From Paraburkholderia sp. (GTDB lineage: Bacteria; Pseudomonadota; Gammaproteobacteria; Burkholderiales; Burkholderiaceae), in the NCBI RefSeq assembly GCF_035948235.1, contig NZ_DASZJJ010000089.1:3467-67466 (forward strand): a stretch of DNA of 64,000 nucleotides. The letters are read 5' to 3'. Positions 1-9,670 of this stretch are shown here, one piece after another. Below the pieces are notes generated by a model that was given only the letters and a program-made list of their open reading frames with translations, was not told the origin of the DNA and searched no databases. Every line of letters begins with the position of its first letter. Position 1 is the first letter of the stretch. The translations under genes and the position numbers were made by a program.

Positions 1-1
1 G

Positions 2-1456
2 CTGGAAGTCCTCACGCCGGGCCTCGTTTTCGCCGACGATATCGACGCTTACGCCAGCGCACTCGACGCCGTGCTGCCGGCTGGCGTCGAACGCGTGAGC
101 GCGCTGCCCGCCCAACGCGGCGCCCATGCGCCAGCCGTCACGCGTTTTGCGGCCCTGCTCGACACCCCGCCGCATCAGGCCGACGCAGCACACGCCAGCG
201 TCAACGGCGACACGATCGCCAAGTTTCTTTTCACCTCGGGCTCGACGCGTCTGCCCAAGGCCGTGCCCACCACGCACCGCATGCTCTGCGCCAACCAGCA
301 GATGCTGCTGGAGACGTTTCCGCAATTCGGCATCGAACCGCCCGTGATGGTGGACTGGCTGCCGTGGAATCACACCTTTGGCGGCAGTCATAACGTGGGG
401 ATCGCGCTTTATAACGGCGGCACGCTGTATATCGACGACGGCAAGCCCGTTGCGGGCAAGTTCGAGGAAACGCTACGCAATCTACGCGAGATCGCGCCGA
501 CCATCTATCTGAACGTGCCCAAGGGCTGGGAAGAACTGACCGCGGCGCTGGAAACCGATGCCGCGCTGCGCGAGCGCTTTTTCTCGCGTGTGAAGCTGTA
601 TTTCTTTGCCGGAGCCGGCCTTTCGCAGGCGGCGTGGGAGCGACTGGAGCGCGTGACGCTCGCGCATTGCGGCGAGCGCATTCGCATCATGGCGGGGCTG
701 GGCATGACGGAAACCGCGCCTTCATGTCTCTTCACCACCGGGCCCGTGGCACGCGCTGGTTATATCGGCCTGCCCGCGCCGGGCTGCTTCGCCAAGGTCG
801 CGCCGGTGGACGGCAAGCTGGAAGTGCGTTTTCGCGGCCCGAATGTGATGGGCGGTTACTGGCGCGCGTCGGCAGAGCACGCGCGCGACGTGTTCGACGA
901 AGAAGGCTATTACCGCAGCGGCGACGCTGTGCGATTCGTCGATCCGGCACGGCCCGAACTGGGTCTTGCCTTCGACGGACGTATCGCGGAGGACTTCAAG
1001 CTCGCTTCGGGCACGTTCGTGAGCGTAGGGCCGATGCGCGCGCGTATCATCAGCGAAGGCGCGCCCTATGTGCAGGACGCGGTCATCACGGGCATGAACC
1101 GCGACGATGTGGGCGTGATGATCTTTCCGCGCCTGGACGCATGCCGTGCGCTGGCGAAACTTGGCGCAAACGCGAGCGCGGCTGATGTGCTCGCCGCGCC
1201 GGGTGTGCGCGGCTTTTTCGCCGATCTGGTGGCGCGCCTGAATGTCAGCGCTACGGGCAGCGCGACGACTATCGCCCGGCTACGCCTGCTGGCCGTGCCG
1301 CCGTCGCTCGATCTGGGCGAGGTCACCGACAAAGGCTCGATCAACCAGCGCGCGGTGCTTCAGCATCGCGAGGCGCTGGTCGAAACGATGCATGCGCCTG
1401 ATGTAGAAGATCCCGATGTGCTGCTTTCGCGCCCACGCAGTGTGGTGAAAAATTAA
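2..1456 (+). CDS. AMP-dependent acyl-CoA synthetase/ligase (feruloyl-CoA synthase-like), 5' end outside window
   Basis: The frame is open from the window edge (same frame as ORF 71..1456). It has the AMP-binding signature FLFTSGSTRLPKAV and a later GYYRSGD block, with protein-like composition. Confidence 0.85.
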   Translation: MEVLTPGLVFADDIDAYASALDAVLPAGVERVSALPAQRGAHAPAVTRFAALLDTPPHQADAAHASVNGDTIAKFLFTSGSTRLPKAVPTTHRMLCANQQMLLETFPQFGIEPPVMVDWLPWNHTFGGSHNVGIALYNGGTLYIDDGKPVAGKFEETLRNLREIAPTIYLNVPKGWEELTAALETDAALRERFFSRVKLYFFAGAGLSQAAWERLERVTLAHCGERIRIMAGLGMTETAPSCLFTTGPVARAGYIGLPAPGCFAKVAPVDGKLEVRFRGPNVMGGYWRASAEHARDVFDEEGYYRSGDAVRFVDPARPELGLAFDGRIAEDFKLASGTFVSVGPMRARIISEGAPYVQDAVITGMNRDDVGVMIFPRLDACRALAKLGANASAADVLAAPGVRGFFADLVARLNVSATGSATTIARLRLLAVPPSLDLGEVTDKGSINQRAVLQHREALVETMHAPDVEDPDVLLSRPRSVVKN

Positions 1457-1468
1457 AGAGGACTCCGC

Positions 1469-2050
1469 ATGACAAAGACATTCAGGCGCTTGTTTGCTTC
1501 GGCATTCATGACGCTCTGCGTGGGCCAGTCGATGGCCGCCGAAGCGGACAGCCCGCCCGCGGCCTTCGACCCGCCGAAGCCGCAACTCACGTATATGGGC
1601 CGCTTCAGCGTCGATCTCACCGCGCCGATCTGGGAACTCGGCGCGACCAGCGACGCGGGCAAACGCCGCATCATCCCGATCACGGGCGGCCGTGTCGACG
1701 GTCCGCTCGTAAAGGGCGAAATCCTCAACAACGGCGCCGACTGGCAAGTCGTGACGAAGGATGGCGTGGCGATGATCGACACGCGCTATCTGCTGAAGAT
1801 GGACGATGGCGAATACGTCTATCTGCAAACGCGCGGTATGCGTTATGGTCCCGCCGCTGTCATGGCCGAGGTCGCGCAGGGAAAGCCCGTGGATCCTTCG
1901 CAGTACTACTTTCGCCTGTATATGAACTTCGAAACCTCGTCGAAGAAATATGCGTGGCTCAATCGCGCAATGGCGGTGGGTTACGCGATGCGGCTGGGCA
2001 ACGCGGTCGTCTACGACGCGTATCTGCTGGACGCGGCGCAAAAATTCTAA
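1469..2050 (+). CDS. DUF3237 family protein with signal peptide
   Basis: 193-aa ORF starting 13 nt after the upstream stop, with AAAGAGGA before the ATG. It has an N-terminal signal peptide (..GQSMA/AEA) and an IIPITGGRVDGPLVKGEIL..GADWQ block recalled as typical of DUF3237. Confidence 0.75.
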   Translation: MTKTFRRLFASAFMTLCVGQSMAAEADSPPAAFDPPKPQLTYMGRFSVDLTAPIWELGATSDAGKRRIIPITGGRVDGPLVKGEILNNGADWQVVTKDGVAMIDTRYLLKMDDGEYVYLQTRGMRYGPAAVMAEVAQGKPVDPSQYYFRLYMNFETSSKKYAWLNRAMAVGYAMRLGNAVVYDAYLLDAAQKF

Positions 2051-2859
2051 GGCGAGTCGTCGTCGCCCAATGCTTCGATAAAGCGGGAAAACAGCTCCGG
2101 CTGGGTGGAAACCCCTAGCTTGGTGTAGAGATGGCGGCGGTGCACCTTCACCGTCTCCGGCGAAATCGCCAGCCGCTCGGCAATTGCCTTTGAGGAATTG
2201 CCGCGCAGCACCATGCGCGCGATGCCCATCTCCCGCTCCGTCAACAGGCCCGCGCCAAAGCGCGCGAGCGCCGCTTCCACGCGCGCGCCGAGATCGGCGG
2301 CGCCCGGTGCGATGCGCGCGGTGTCGCCTGCCAGCCGCCAGTGCTGGCGGATCGCCGCAATCACCCACGGCAGCGCGGCCGTAAGCTTGCCTAGCGGCTC
2401 GGCGTCGAAGCGCCTGGCGGCGCCCAGCGACAGCGAAAGCAGCACGTCCGGCTGCGGGCGCACCAGCACCTGGATTTCGTCCTCGCCTACCGCATCGCGG
2501 AAATAGCTCAGAAAATATTCGCTCTGCCGGAACAGGTCGGGCGCCACTTCCTCCAGCCGGTAGCACCCATCTGCCAGACCGTCGTGCGCGGCCTGCAGAA
2601 ACGGATCGAGCAGATAGAGGCCGTTCAGATAAAGCGGTACGGGCGACGGCGTATCGCTGCCGCCTGCGTCGTATTCGTCGAGCACGACGGGCACTGCAGA
2701 GACACCATCCGCGCCGATCGCCGTCGCAAGCGCATTGTCGAACGGCACCATTTCATTGAGCAGCAGCACCAGAAAGCGCCAGAAACGCGGCTGACCGAGA
2801 TGGTCCAGCACGCGCCCGAGCGCCTGATGCATCGCAATTTCCGTAAAGAGTCGGTCCAT
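2047..2859 (-). CDS. LuxR-family transcriptional regulator (C-terminal HTH, no receiver domain)
   Basis: The C-terminus LTEREMGIARMVLRGNSSKAIAERLAISPETVKVHRRHLYTKLGV is a LuxR/GerE HTH. The start is uncertain: ATG at 2859 (MDRLFTEI) is preferred over the TTG at 2955, whose N-terminal extension is low complexity. Confidence 0.75.
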   Translation of the reverse strand: MDRLFTEIAMHQALGRVLDHLGQPRFWRFLVLLLNEMVPFDNALATAIGADGVSAVPVVLDEYDAGGSDTPSPVPLYLNGLYLLDPFLQAAHDGLADGCYRLEEVAPDLFRQSEYFLSYFRDAVGEDEIQVLVRPQPDVLLSLSLGAARRFDAEPLGKLTAALPWVIAAIRQHWRLAGDTARIAPGAADLGARVEAALARFGAGLLTEREMGIARMVLRGNSSKAIAERLAISPETVKVHRRHLYTKLGVSTQPELFSRFIEALGDDDSP

Positions 2860-3034
2860 ATCCTGATGTTTAGCGCCATGAGCGCGATGAGTACCATGAG
2901 CGCCACGATGGCCAGGCACCGCAAGGGCGTAACCCAAAATGGGAATAGCGGTCAAAAAAATGGCTTCCTAGACTGCAACGCAATCTGTGGCCCCGAGTAT
3001 GGGCGTTCAAAAAAGCGCAGCATAGGAGAGCAGG

Positions 3035-4486
3035 ATGGCAATGATGTCGGAATCCACGGGCGCGATGCAATCGTCGTCCGAGCCGCTTGAAGTCGCTCAA
3101 GCCGCTCAAGTTGTTCAAGGCGTTGAGGCCGGCGAAACGAGACGCACGCTCACGCAAACCCTGAGCGTGCGCGACGCGGTGATGATCACGGTCTCGGGCG
3201 TCACGCCCGCCAGTTCGATCTTCGTGATCGCCCCATTCGCGATCCAGCAGGCGGGCAGCGGCGCAGTGATGTCGTTCCTGCTGGGCGGCGTGCTCGCCTT
3301 TGCCTTTGCGCTTTGTTACGCGGAGCTGAGCGCCGCACACCGAAGCGCGGGCGGCGAATATGTGATGGCCAAACGCGTGTTCGGCCCCTTGCCGGGCTAT
3401 CTGACCTTTATCACGGTGCTGGCGGTCAGCGTATTCATTCCTGCGGTGCTTGCGAGCGGCGCCGCGCCTTACCTCAACAATGCGCTTGGCACCCAGTTCG
3501 GCAACCAGTCCGTCGCGCTGACCATCGTGCTGCTCAGCTACGTGCTGGGCATGCTCAACATCAAGACCAACGCGTGGATCACCGGGGCGTTTCTGGTCGT
3601 CGAGGTGGGCGTGCTGATGCTGATCGCCGGACTGGGCTTTAGCGCCCCGCATCGCGGCGCAAGCGCGCTCATGCATCCGCTCGTCGCTAGCGGCGGCGCG
3701 CTGATTCCGGCCACCGCCGCCGCCATCGTGCCCGCCATCGGCACGGCGATCTTCTGCTACAACGGCTTTGGCTCGGCGGCGTATCTCGCCGAAGACCTGC
3801 GCGGGGGCAATCGCAACGTCGCGCGTGCCGTGATCTATTCGCTGCTGGTGATTCTGGTGGTCGAGCTTGTGCCGCTCATTGCGATCGTGCTGGGCGCGCC
3901 ATCGCTGGGCGAACTGTCGAAGAGCGCCGATCCAATCGGCTATGTCGTGCGCGAACTCGGCAATCCCACGCTCTCGCGGCTGGTGAGCGGCGGCATCTTT
4001 CTTTCCGTGTTCAACGCGATCATTGCGATTGTCATCACGATGGGACGCCTGCTTTATAGCAGCGGCCGCCACGCGCTGTGGCCGCGCGGCTGCAATCGCG
4101 CGTTTTCGACGATACATCCGCGCTTCGATTCGCCGTGGCTGGCGACGCTCGCGCTCGCGGTGCCTTCGGCGGGACTCGTGTTCGTATCGAGTCTGGATGA
4201 GCTGACGGCCTTCACGGTGGATCTGCTGCTGGTGGTGTATCTGGTCGTCGGGCTGGCGGCGCTGGCGAGCCGTTTCACCCGCCGCGACGTCGAGCATCAC
4301 TATCGCATGCCGTTGTGGCCCGTCACGCCGCTCATCGCCATCGCCGGGGCGGGCTATACGCTCTACACGACGCTCGCCACGGCCACCAAGGCGGCGGATC
4401 TCTACATCATCGGCGCGTTGCTGGTGTTCGCGCTGGTGATGTACGCGGCCTGCGCGCGCCGCAGCGAAACATTCCGCGCACTCTGA
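3035..4486 (+). CDS. APC-superfamily amino acid permease
   Basis: 483-aa strongly hydrophobic multi-pass protein with the composition and length of amino acid/polyamine/organocation permeases. GGAGAGCAGG lies before the ATG. Confidence 0.85.
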   Translation: MAMMSESTGAMQSSSEPLEVAQAAQVVQGVEAGETRRTLTQTLSVRDAVMITVSGVTPASSIFVIAPFAIQQAGSGAVMSFLLGGVLAFAFALCYAELSAAHRSAGGEYVMAKRVFGPLPGYLTFITVLAVSVFIPAVLASGAAPYLNNALGTQFGNQSVALTIVLLSYVLGMLNIKTNAWITGAFLVVEVGVLMLIAGLGFSAPHRGASALMHPLVASGGALIPATAAAIVPAIGTAIFCYNGFGSAAYLAEDLRGGNRNVARAVIYSLLVILVVELVPLIAIVLGAPSLGELSKSADPIGYVVRELGNPTLSRLVSGGIFLSVFNAIIAIVITMGRLLYSSGRHALWPRGCNRAFSTIHPRFDSPWLATLALAVPSAGLVFVSSLDELTAFTVDLLLVVYLVVGLAALASRFTRRDVEHHYRMPLWPVTPLIAIAGAGYTLYTTLATATKAADLYIIGALLVFALVMYAACARRSETFRAL

Positions 4487-4541
4487 ATCGCGCGAACTAC
4501 GATAAATAGCACTGAAACTGGAACAACGGAGGACAGGCATC

Positions 4542-5651
4542 ATGCGAACGAGGGAACTCGGCATCCGCATCGGGACCGGCAAGCCGGGGCGGTTTAACGC
4601 GATCACGGACGTGGCGGGCGTGCGGGTCGGGCATTGCACGCTCGAAGTCGAAAACGGCGATGCGTCGGTGCGCACCGGCGTGACGATCATCGAGCCGCGC
4701 GCAGGCGCGGCGCACGACGAGCCCTGTTTTGCGGGCGTGCATGTGCTCAACGGCAACGGCGACGCCACCGGCCTCGAATGGATCCGCGAGGCCGGACTGC
4801 TGACCACGCCCATCGCCTATACCAACACGCACAGCGTGGGCGCGGTGCGCGATGCGTTGATCGCCGCCGAGCGCGGCAGCGCACGCGATCGTGTTTATTG
4901 GTGCATGCCGGTGGTGATGGAAACTTATGACGGTCTGCTCAACGACATCTGGGGGCAACACGTCACGGCTGCACATGTGCGCGATGCGCTGGCGGCGGCG
5001 CGCAGCGGGCCGGTTGAGGAAGGGAGCGTGGGCGGCGGCACGGGCATGATCTGCCATGAATTCAAGGGCGGCATAGGCACGGCGTCGCGCGTGCTGGACG
5101 CCGAAGCGGGCGGCTGGAGCGTGGGCGCGCTCGTGCAATCGAACTACGGCATACGCGAGATGCTACGCGTGGCGGGTTATCCGGTAGGCGAGGTGCTGGG
5201 GCATGTGCATTCGCCGTTTCGCGCAGCGGATGCGAAGGGCGAGCCGGGCATGGGTTCCATCGTCGTCACGCTTGCGACCGACGCGCCCTTGCTGCCGCAT
5301 CAATGCACGCGGCTCGCGCAGCGTGCGAGCGTGGGTCTCGCGCGCGTGGGCGGCGGCACGGAGGATTCGAGCGGCGATATCTTCCTCGCGTTTGCGACCG
5401 GAAATCGCGGCTTGCCTGCGGCGAACTACGGTCGCAGGGGCGCGCCTACGACAGATTTGAAGATGGTCAACAACGACCATATTTCCGCCTTGTTCGCGGC
5501 GGCGGCGGAAGCTGTGGAGGAAGCCATTGTCAACGCACTGGTCGCCGGGCGCGATGTGGCGTCGCGCGGCGCGAAAGTGGAAGCGCTGGGCGCGGCGCGG
5601 CTTGTCGATGCGTTGAGGGAAGTGGGGTGGCGGCCACGAAGCAATCACTAA
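4542..5651 (+). CDS. DmpA/P1-family (peptidase S58) aminopeptidase
   Basis: The N-terminus RELGIRIGTGKPGRFNAITDVAGVRVGH is typical of DmpA-type L-aminopeptidases. A GGAGGA RBS precedes it, and it sits directly downstream of the permease. Confidence 0.8.
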   Translation: MRTRELGIRIGTGKPGRFNAITDVAGVRVGHCTLEVENGDASVRTGVTIIEPRAGAAHDEPCFAGVHVLNGNGDATGLEWIREAGLLTTPIAYTNTHSVGAVRDALIAAERGSARDRVYWCMPVVMETYDGLLNDIWGQHVTAAHVRDALAAARSGPVEEGSVGGGTGMICHEFKGGIGTASRVLDAEAGGWSVGALVQSNYGIREMLRVAGYPVGEVLGHVHSPFRAADAKGEPGMGSIVVTLATDAPLLPHQCTRLAQRASVGLARVGGGTEDSSGDIFLAFATGNRGLPAANYGRRGAPTTDLKMVNNDHISALFAAAAEAVEEAIVNALVAGRDVASRGAKVEALGAARLVDALREVGWRPRSNH

Positions 5652-5664
5652 TTGAACGCACGAC

Positions 5665-5710
5665 AAAGCGCCGCATATTGATACGGAATCCGTATGATAT
5701 GCGGCGCTTT
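5665..5710. terminator. Long hairpin, bidirectional terminator between convergent genes
   Basis: AAAGCGCCGCATAT..ATACGGA-A-TCCGTAT..ATATGCGGCGCTTT is a near-perfect 46-nt hairpin with an A-run before and a T-run after. It lies between the dmpA-like stop and the ohr stop. Confidence 0.7.
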
Positions 5711-5742
5711 ATTGCATCAACAATATGCATCAACAGCACGCG

Positions 5743-6165
5743 TCAAACTTCAGCAAGCGTAATTTCCACATCGATATTGCCGCGCGTGGCCTTCGAGTAC
5801 GGGCAGGTTTGATGCGCGAGTTCAATCAGGCGATGCGCCACTTCGCGCTCCACGCCCGGTAGCGTCACGCTCAGACGTGCACGCAGCGAATAGGCTTCGT
5901 CGCGCATCACCAGGTCGATTTCCGCATCCACGGCCGTATCGCGCGGCAGCGCAACCTTCAGGCGTCCTGCCGCCAGTCCCATCGCCCCAATGAAACAAGC
6001 CGACCAGCCCGCGCCGAACATCTGCTCGGGGTTGGTACCGGGAGCGCTCGATCCCGGCGGCGCGAGCTTGACTTCGAGACGCCCGTCGTCGCTGCGGGTC
6101 GCGCCTTCGCGGCCGCCGGTGGTGTGGGTCTTGCCGGTGTACAGGACTTTTTCTGCGTTGCTCAT
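5743..6165 (-). CDS. ohr: Organic hydroperoxide resistance protein Ohr (OsmC/Ohr family)
   Basis: 140 aa with the two conserved Cys contexts GAGWSACF and HQTCPYS. AAGGAAATCACC precedes the ATG. Confidence 0.9.
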   Translation of the reverse strand: MSNAEKVLYTGKTHTTGGREGATRSDDGRLEVKLAPPGSSAPGTNPEQMFGAGWSACFIGAMGLAAGRLKVALPRDTAVDAEIDLVMRDEAYSLRARLSVTLPGVEREVAHRLIELAHQTCPYSKATRGNIDVEITLAEV

Positions 6166-6246
6166 GGTGATTTCCTTGTAGATTGATGACGAGGCGAACG
6201 GTGTATCAGCGTGGCTATGCGCGCTGGTTTAATCGCAGGGTTTCGG

Positions 6247-6489
6247 TTAGCTGCCGCGATACAGGCTGCGCAGCGCGTCGAGCTGGCCGTTGTGTTCGGC
6301 GTCGACCAGTTCCTGGCGGACCTGGGCACGCGTGATCTTCGTGTTGGCGTTTTGCTGCGTGGGCGTCCACGTTTGGGTTGGCGTTTGCGCAGCGGTATCG
6401 GACGAAGCCGGCACAGCGGCGAATGAAGCGGAAGCAGCCACGAGTGCGGCGCCGGCGACGAGAGCCAAAGCGATCTTCGAAACTTGCAT
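6247..6489 (-). CDS. DUF4148 domain secreted protein
   Basis: 80-aa product starting MQVSKIALALVAGAALVAASASFA (signal peptide), with C-terminal TRAQVRQELVDAEHNGQL typical of DUF4148. GGAGAACATC precedes the ATG at 6489, and the longer 176-aa ORF is rejected. Confidence 0.75.
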   Translation of the reverse strand: MQVSKIALALVAGAALVAASASFAAVPASSDTAAQTPTQTWTPTQQNANTKITRAQVRQELVDAEHNGQLDALRSLYRGS

Positions 6490-6792
6490 GATGTTCTCCT
6501 TGAAGCGGTAGATGGAAAAGAACACAACCGGTTGTCTATCGAGCTCGTTGCCCAGCAGATTTCGGCGTTGATGCATTTGAACCGGCGCACGTATCTGGCG
6601 TGTTTCGCAAGCGGCCTTTATTGCAATTCCCTGTATCTGGTGCAAGCGCAGATACATGGCGACACAAATGAAGCGGCCCGCGCCACGTGACCCGCTGGAC
6701 ACAATCCAGATACATGCGGCTGCTTCAATCGCATCCACGGCGTTTCGCCCCCAGGCGAGCGACACAGCTTGAGTCATTCACACGGAGGAACC

Positions 6793-8193
6793 ATGTCTGA
6801 ACTTTGGCAATTGACGGCTGCAGAACTGGCAAAACACATCAAGTCGCGTGAGGTCAGCGCGCGGGAAGCGGCGCAATCGGCGCTTGCGCGTCTCGATGCG
6901 GTGAATCCGCTCATCAACGCCGTCGTGGCCGTCCATCCCGAAGAAGTCCTGCAACAGGCCGATGCCGTCGATCAGGCGATCGCGCGCGGCGAGAATCCCG
7001 GTCCCCTGGCGGGCGTGCCGGTCACCACCAAGATCAACGTCGATCAAGCGGGTTTTGCGACCACCAACGGCCTGCGTGCGCAGGAGAACCTGATCGCCCA
7101 GACCAACAGCCCCGCCGTGGACAACCTGGTGCGTGCGGGCGCGGTGCTGCTCGGACGCACCAATTCGCCGACCTTCGCGCTGCGCTGGTTCACCTCGAAT
7201 CAGGTACATGGCCGCACGCTCAATCCGCGCGATCCCTCGCTCACGCCGGGTGGTTCGAGTGGCGGCGGCGCGGCGGCGGTGGCGGCGGGCATCGGTCAAC
7301 TGGCGCTGGGCACGGATATCGGCGGGTCGGTGCGCTATCCGGCCTATGCGTGCGGTATTCATGGCCTGCGCCCGACCCTTGGCCGCGTCCCGGCCTTCAA
7401 TGCGTCGTCGCCGGAGCGGGCGATTGGCGCGCAACTGATGTCGGCGGCGGGGCCGATGGGCCGCACCATCGAGGATCTGCGGCTGGGCCTCGTGGCGCTG
7501 GCCGCGCCCGATCTGCGCGATCCGTGGTATGTGGCGCTGCCTGTGGACGGCCCCGCAGTGCCGCGCCGCGCGGCGTTGTGTGTGCGCCCTGGCGGGCTCG
7601 ACACCGTGAAGGAAGTTGAGGATGCGCTGCGCGATTCGGCGCAGCGCTTGCGCGACGCAGGCTGGGAAGTCGAGGAAATCGACGATGTGCCGTCGATGCG
7701 CGAAGCCGCGCTGCTGCAGGAGCGTCTGTGGCTTGGCGACGGTTTCGATGCGCTGGTGAGCGCCGTGGAGAAGGATGGCGACCCCGGCGCGGCTGCGGTG
7801 ATCGCGGCGGCGCGCGAGAAGGTGCGCGGCCTGCCCGCCGATGTCATCAGCCAGTCGCTCGTGCGGCGCACGACGCTCACGCGCCAGTGGCGCCTGTTCC
7901 TTGCCAAGTACGCGGTGGTGCTCATGCCGGTGTCGAGCGAACTGCCGTTTGCAAGCGACCTCGACATGCAGGGCAAGGAGGGCTTCGACCGCGTCTGGGA
8001 AGCGCAACTCACGCTGCGCGCGCTGCCCGCGATGGGGTTGCCGGGACTGGCTGTCACGACCGGTCTTGTGAACGGCGTGCCGGTGGGCGTGCAAATCGTC
8101 GCCGCGCATCATCGCGAGGATCTCTGCCTGCTGGCGGGCCGCGATATCGAGGCGCGCGGCGTGCCGGCCTCTCCAGTCGATCCACGTGTTTAA
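6793..8193 (+). CDS. Amidase (amidase-signature family)
   Basis: It carries the GGSSGGGAAAVAAG amidase signature. ATG at 6793 is preceded by ACGGAGGAACC. Confidence 0.9.
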   Translation: MSELWQLTAAELAKHIKSREVSAREAAQSALARLDAVNPLINAVVAVHPEEVLQQADAVDQAIARGENPGPLAGVPVTTKINVDQAGFATTNGLRAQENLIAQTNSPAVDNLVRAGAVLLGRTNSPTFALRWFTSNQVHGRTLNPRDPSLTPGGSSGGGAAAVAAGIGQLALGTDIGGSVRYPAYACGIHGLRPTLGRVPAFNASSPERAIGAQLMSAAGPMGRTIEDLRLGLVALAAPDLRDPWYVALPVDGPAVPRRAALCVRPGGLDTVKEVEDALRDSAQRLRDAGWEVEEIDDVPSMREAALLQERLWLGDGFDALVSAVEKDGDPGAAAVIAAAREKVRGLPADVISQSLVRRTTLTRQWRLFLAKYAVVLMPVSSELPFASDLDMQGKEGFDRVWEAQLTLRALPAMGLPGLAVTTGLVNGVPVGVQIVAAHHREDLCLLAGRDIEARGVPASPVDPRV

Positions 8194-8217
8194 AGTCGGT
8201 TTAAAGCGGGTTTAAAG
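8188..8217. repeat. Three phased copies of GTTTAAAG at 11-bp period
   Basis: GTTTAAAGtcgGTTTAAAGcggGTTTAAAGcg overlaps the amidase stop codon and lies about 140 bp upstream of the next gene. Confidence 0.8.
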
Positions 8218-8358
8218 CGCCATCAGGCAACGATTTTGATTCGTCGTGTGTATGTATGGCGGGCAGACACATTGGGATACATAGCGTCTGTTCGCCTGCG
8301 CTATAAAAATGCCGAAGCGTTCATTCACTGTGTTTTCGACCCTAAGGAGAAAGATGTC

Positions 8359-9402
8359 ATGTCAGATCCCGTCAATGTCCGGCGCCGTCGGATTCTCGGC
8401 ACTACGTTGGCGAGCCTGAGCCTCGCGGACCTGGGCCTGGGCAACCTGGCCCACGCGCAGTCCACGGAGGGTGCAGCGTCGAACTCGCGCACGGGCGGCA
8501 ACGTCTCGTTCGGACCGATCCAGCAGATCGACGCGGGCGTCCTGAACGTCGGCTATGCCGAAGCGGGACCGAAGAATGGTCAACCGGTGCTGCTGCTGCA
8601 CGGCTGGCCGTATGACATTCATAGCTTTGTCGAAGTCGCGCCGATGCTGGCGGCAGCGGGCTATCGCGTGATCGTGCCGTATCTGCGCGGCTATGGCACG
8701 ACGCGCTTTCTCTCCGCCGACACGCCGCGCAACGGCCAGCAGGCCGTGACGGCCGTCGACATCATCGCGTTCATGGATGCGATGAAGATCGATCAGGCCA
8801 TTCTGGGCGGTTACGACTGGGGCGGCCGCACGGCGGACTGTATCGCGGCGCTGTGGCCCGAGCGCGTCAAGGCGCTGGTATCGGTGAGCGGTTATCTGAT
8901 CGGTAGTCAGGCGGCGAATAAAAATCCGCTGCCGCCGAAGGCCGAATTTCAGTGGTGGTATCAGTTCTATTTTTCGACCGAGCGTGGCGCGCAGGGTTAT
9001 GCGGCGAACCGCGATGCATTCAACAAGCTGATCTGGCAACTGGCGTCGCCGAAGTGGAATTTCGATGACGCTACGTATGAGCGTACGGCCGCGTCGTTCC
9101 AGAATCCGGATCATGTGGCCGTCGTGATTCACAACTATCGCTGGCGTCTGGGCCTCGTGCAGGGCGAGTCGCGTCTCGATGCGATCGAGCAGCGCCTTGC
9201 GGCGGGCCCGGCGATTTCGGTGCCGACGATCACCATGGAAGGCGATGCGAATGGCGCGCCGCATCCGGAACCGGCAGCCTATGCGAAGAAGTTCACGGGC
9301 AAGTATCTGCATCGCAATCTGACTGGCGGAATTGGCCACAACCTGCCGCAAGAAGCGCCGAAGGCGTTTGCAGAGGCGATTTTGCAGGTGACGCATTTGT
9401 GA
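8359..9402 (+). CDS. Alpha/beta hydrolase, epoxide-hydrolase/haloacetate-dehalogenase-like, Tat-exported
   Basis: It has the HGWP oxyanion motif (LLLHGWPYD) and an Asp-nucleophile context (GGYDWGG). The N-terminus has a twin-arginine signal, VRRRRILGTTLASLSL...AHA, and an AAGGAGAA RBS precedes the ATG at 8359. Confidence 0.85.
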   Translation: MSDPVNVRRRRILGTTLASLSLADLGLGNLAHAQSTEGAASNSRTGGNVSFGPIQQIDAGVLNVGYAEAGPKNGQPVLLLHGWPYDIHSFVEVAPMLAAAGYRVIVPYLRGYGTTRFLSADTPRNGQQAVTAVDIIAFMDAMKIDQAILGGYDWGGRTADCIAALWPERVKALVSVSGYLIGSQAANKNPLPPKAEFQWWYQFYFSTERGAQGYAANRDAFNKLIWQLASPKWNFDDATYERTAASFQNPDHVAVVIHNYRWRLGLVQGESRLDAIEQRLAAGPAISVPTITMEGDANGAPHPEPAAYAKKFTGKYLHRNLTGGIGHNLPQEAPKAFAEAILQVTHL

Positions 9403-9447
9403 CGGTTGGGCGCGCTGTAGATAATCTGCAGGGTGATGGAATGGAAA

Positions 9448-9472
9448 AGCCCGGGGAGACCCGGGCTTTTTT
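9448..9472 (+). terminator. Rho-independent terminator
   Basis: AGCCCGGG-GAGA-CCCGGGCT followed by TTTTTT, 46 nt after the hydrolase stop. Confidence 0.85.
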
Positions 9473-9670
9473 ATGGTTGTTGGAATGATTCCCTATATGA
9501 AATTCCGCGAGGATGCACGGATATGGCAGGACGCACCAGCCGACGCCATCCTGACCGACATATTCAATGCGCACGCAGGCGCGCGGATTCTTCCGTTTCT
9601 CGATTCAATGGTGTCATGCCTGACGAATCCGGCTATTTCCTCACGCCGCATGACGACGCAGGCGCAAGCC

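Noticed and set aside
2047-2050. Overlapping convergent stop codons (TAA on plus, TAG on minus) of the DUF3237 and LuxR genes
   Set aside because: The overlap is real, but it is a common consequence of compact convergent genes. I saw no hairpin or other signal to suggest a special function.
2870-4813. 647-aa minus-strand ORF
   Set aside because: It is antisense to the APC permease and DmpA-like genes. It is extremely Arg/Ala-rich low complexity with no family resemblance.
9473-9670. Protein-like translation (MKFREDARIWQDAPADAILTDIFNAH...) in the 200-bp gap after the hydrolase terminator, a possible small gene or pseudogene remnant
   Set aside because: It has no RBS, and the ORF only stays open by running antisense into the SDR gene. 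I recognise no family resemblance. I leave it unannotated.
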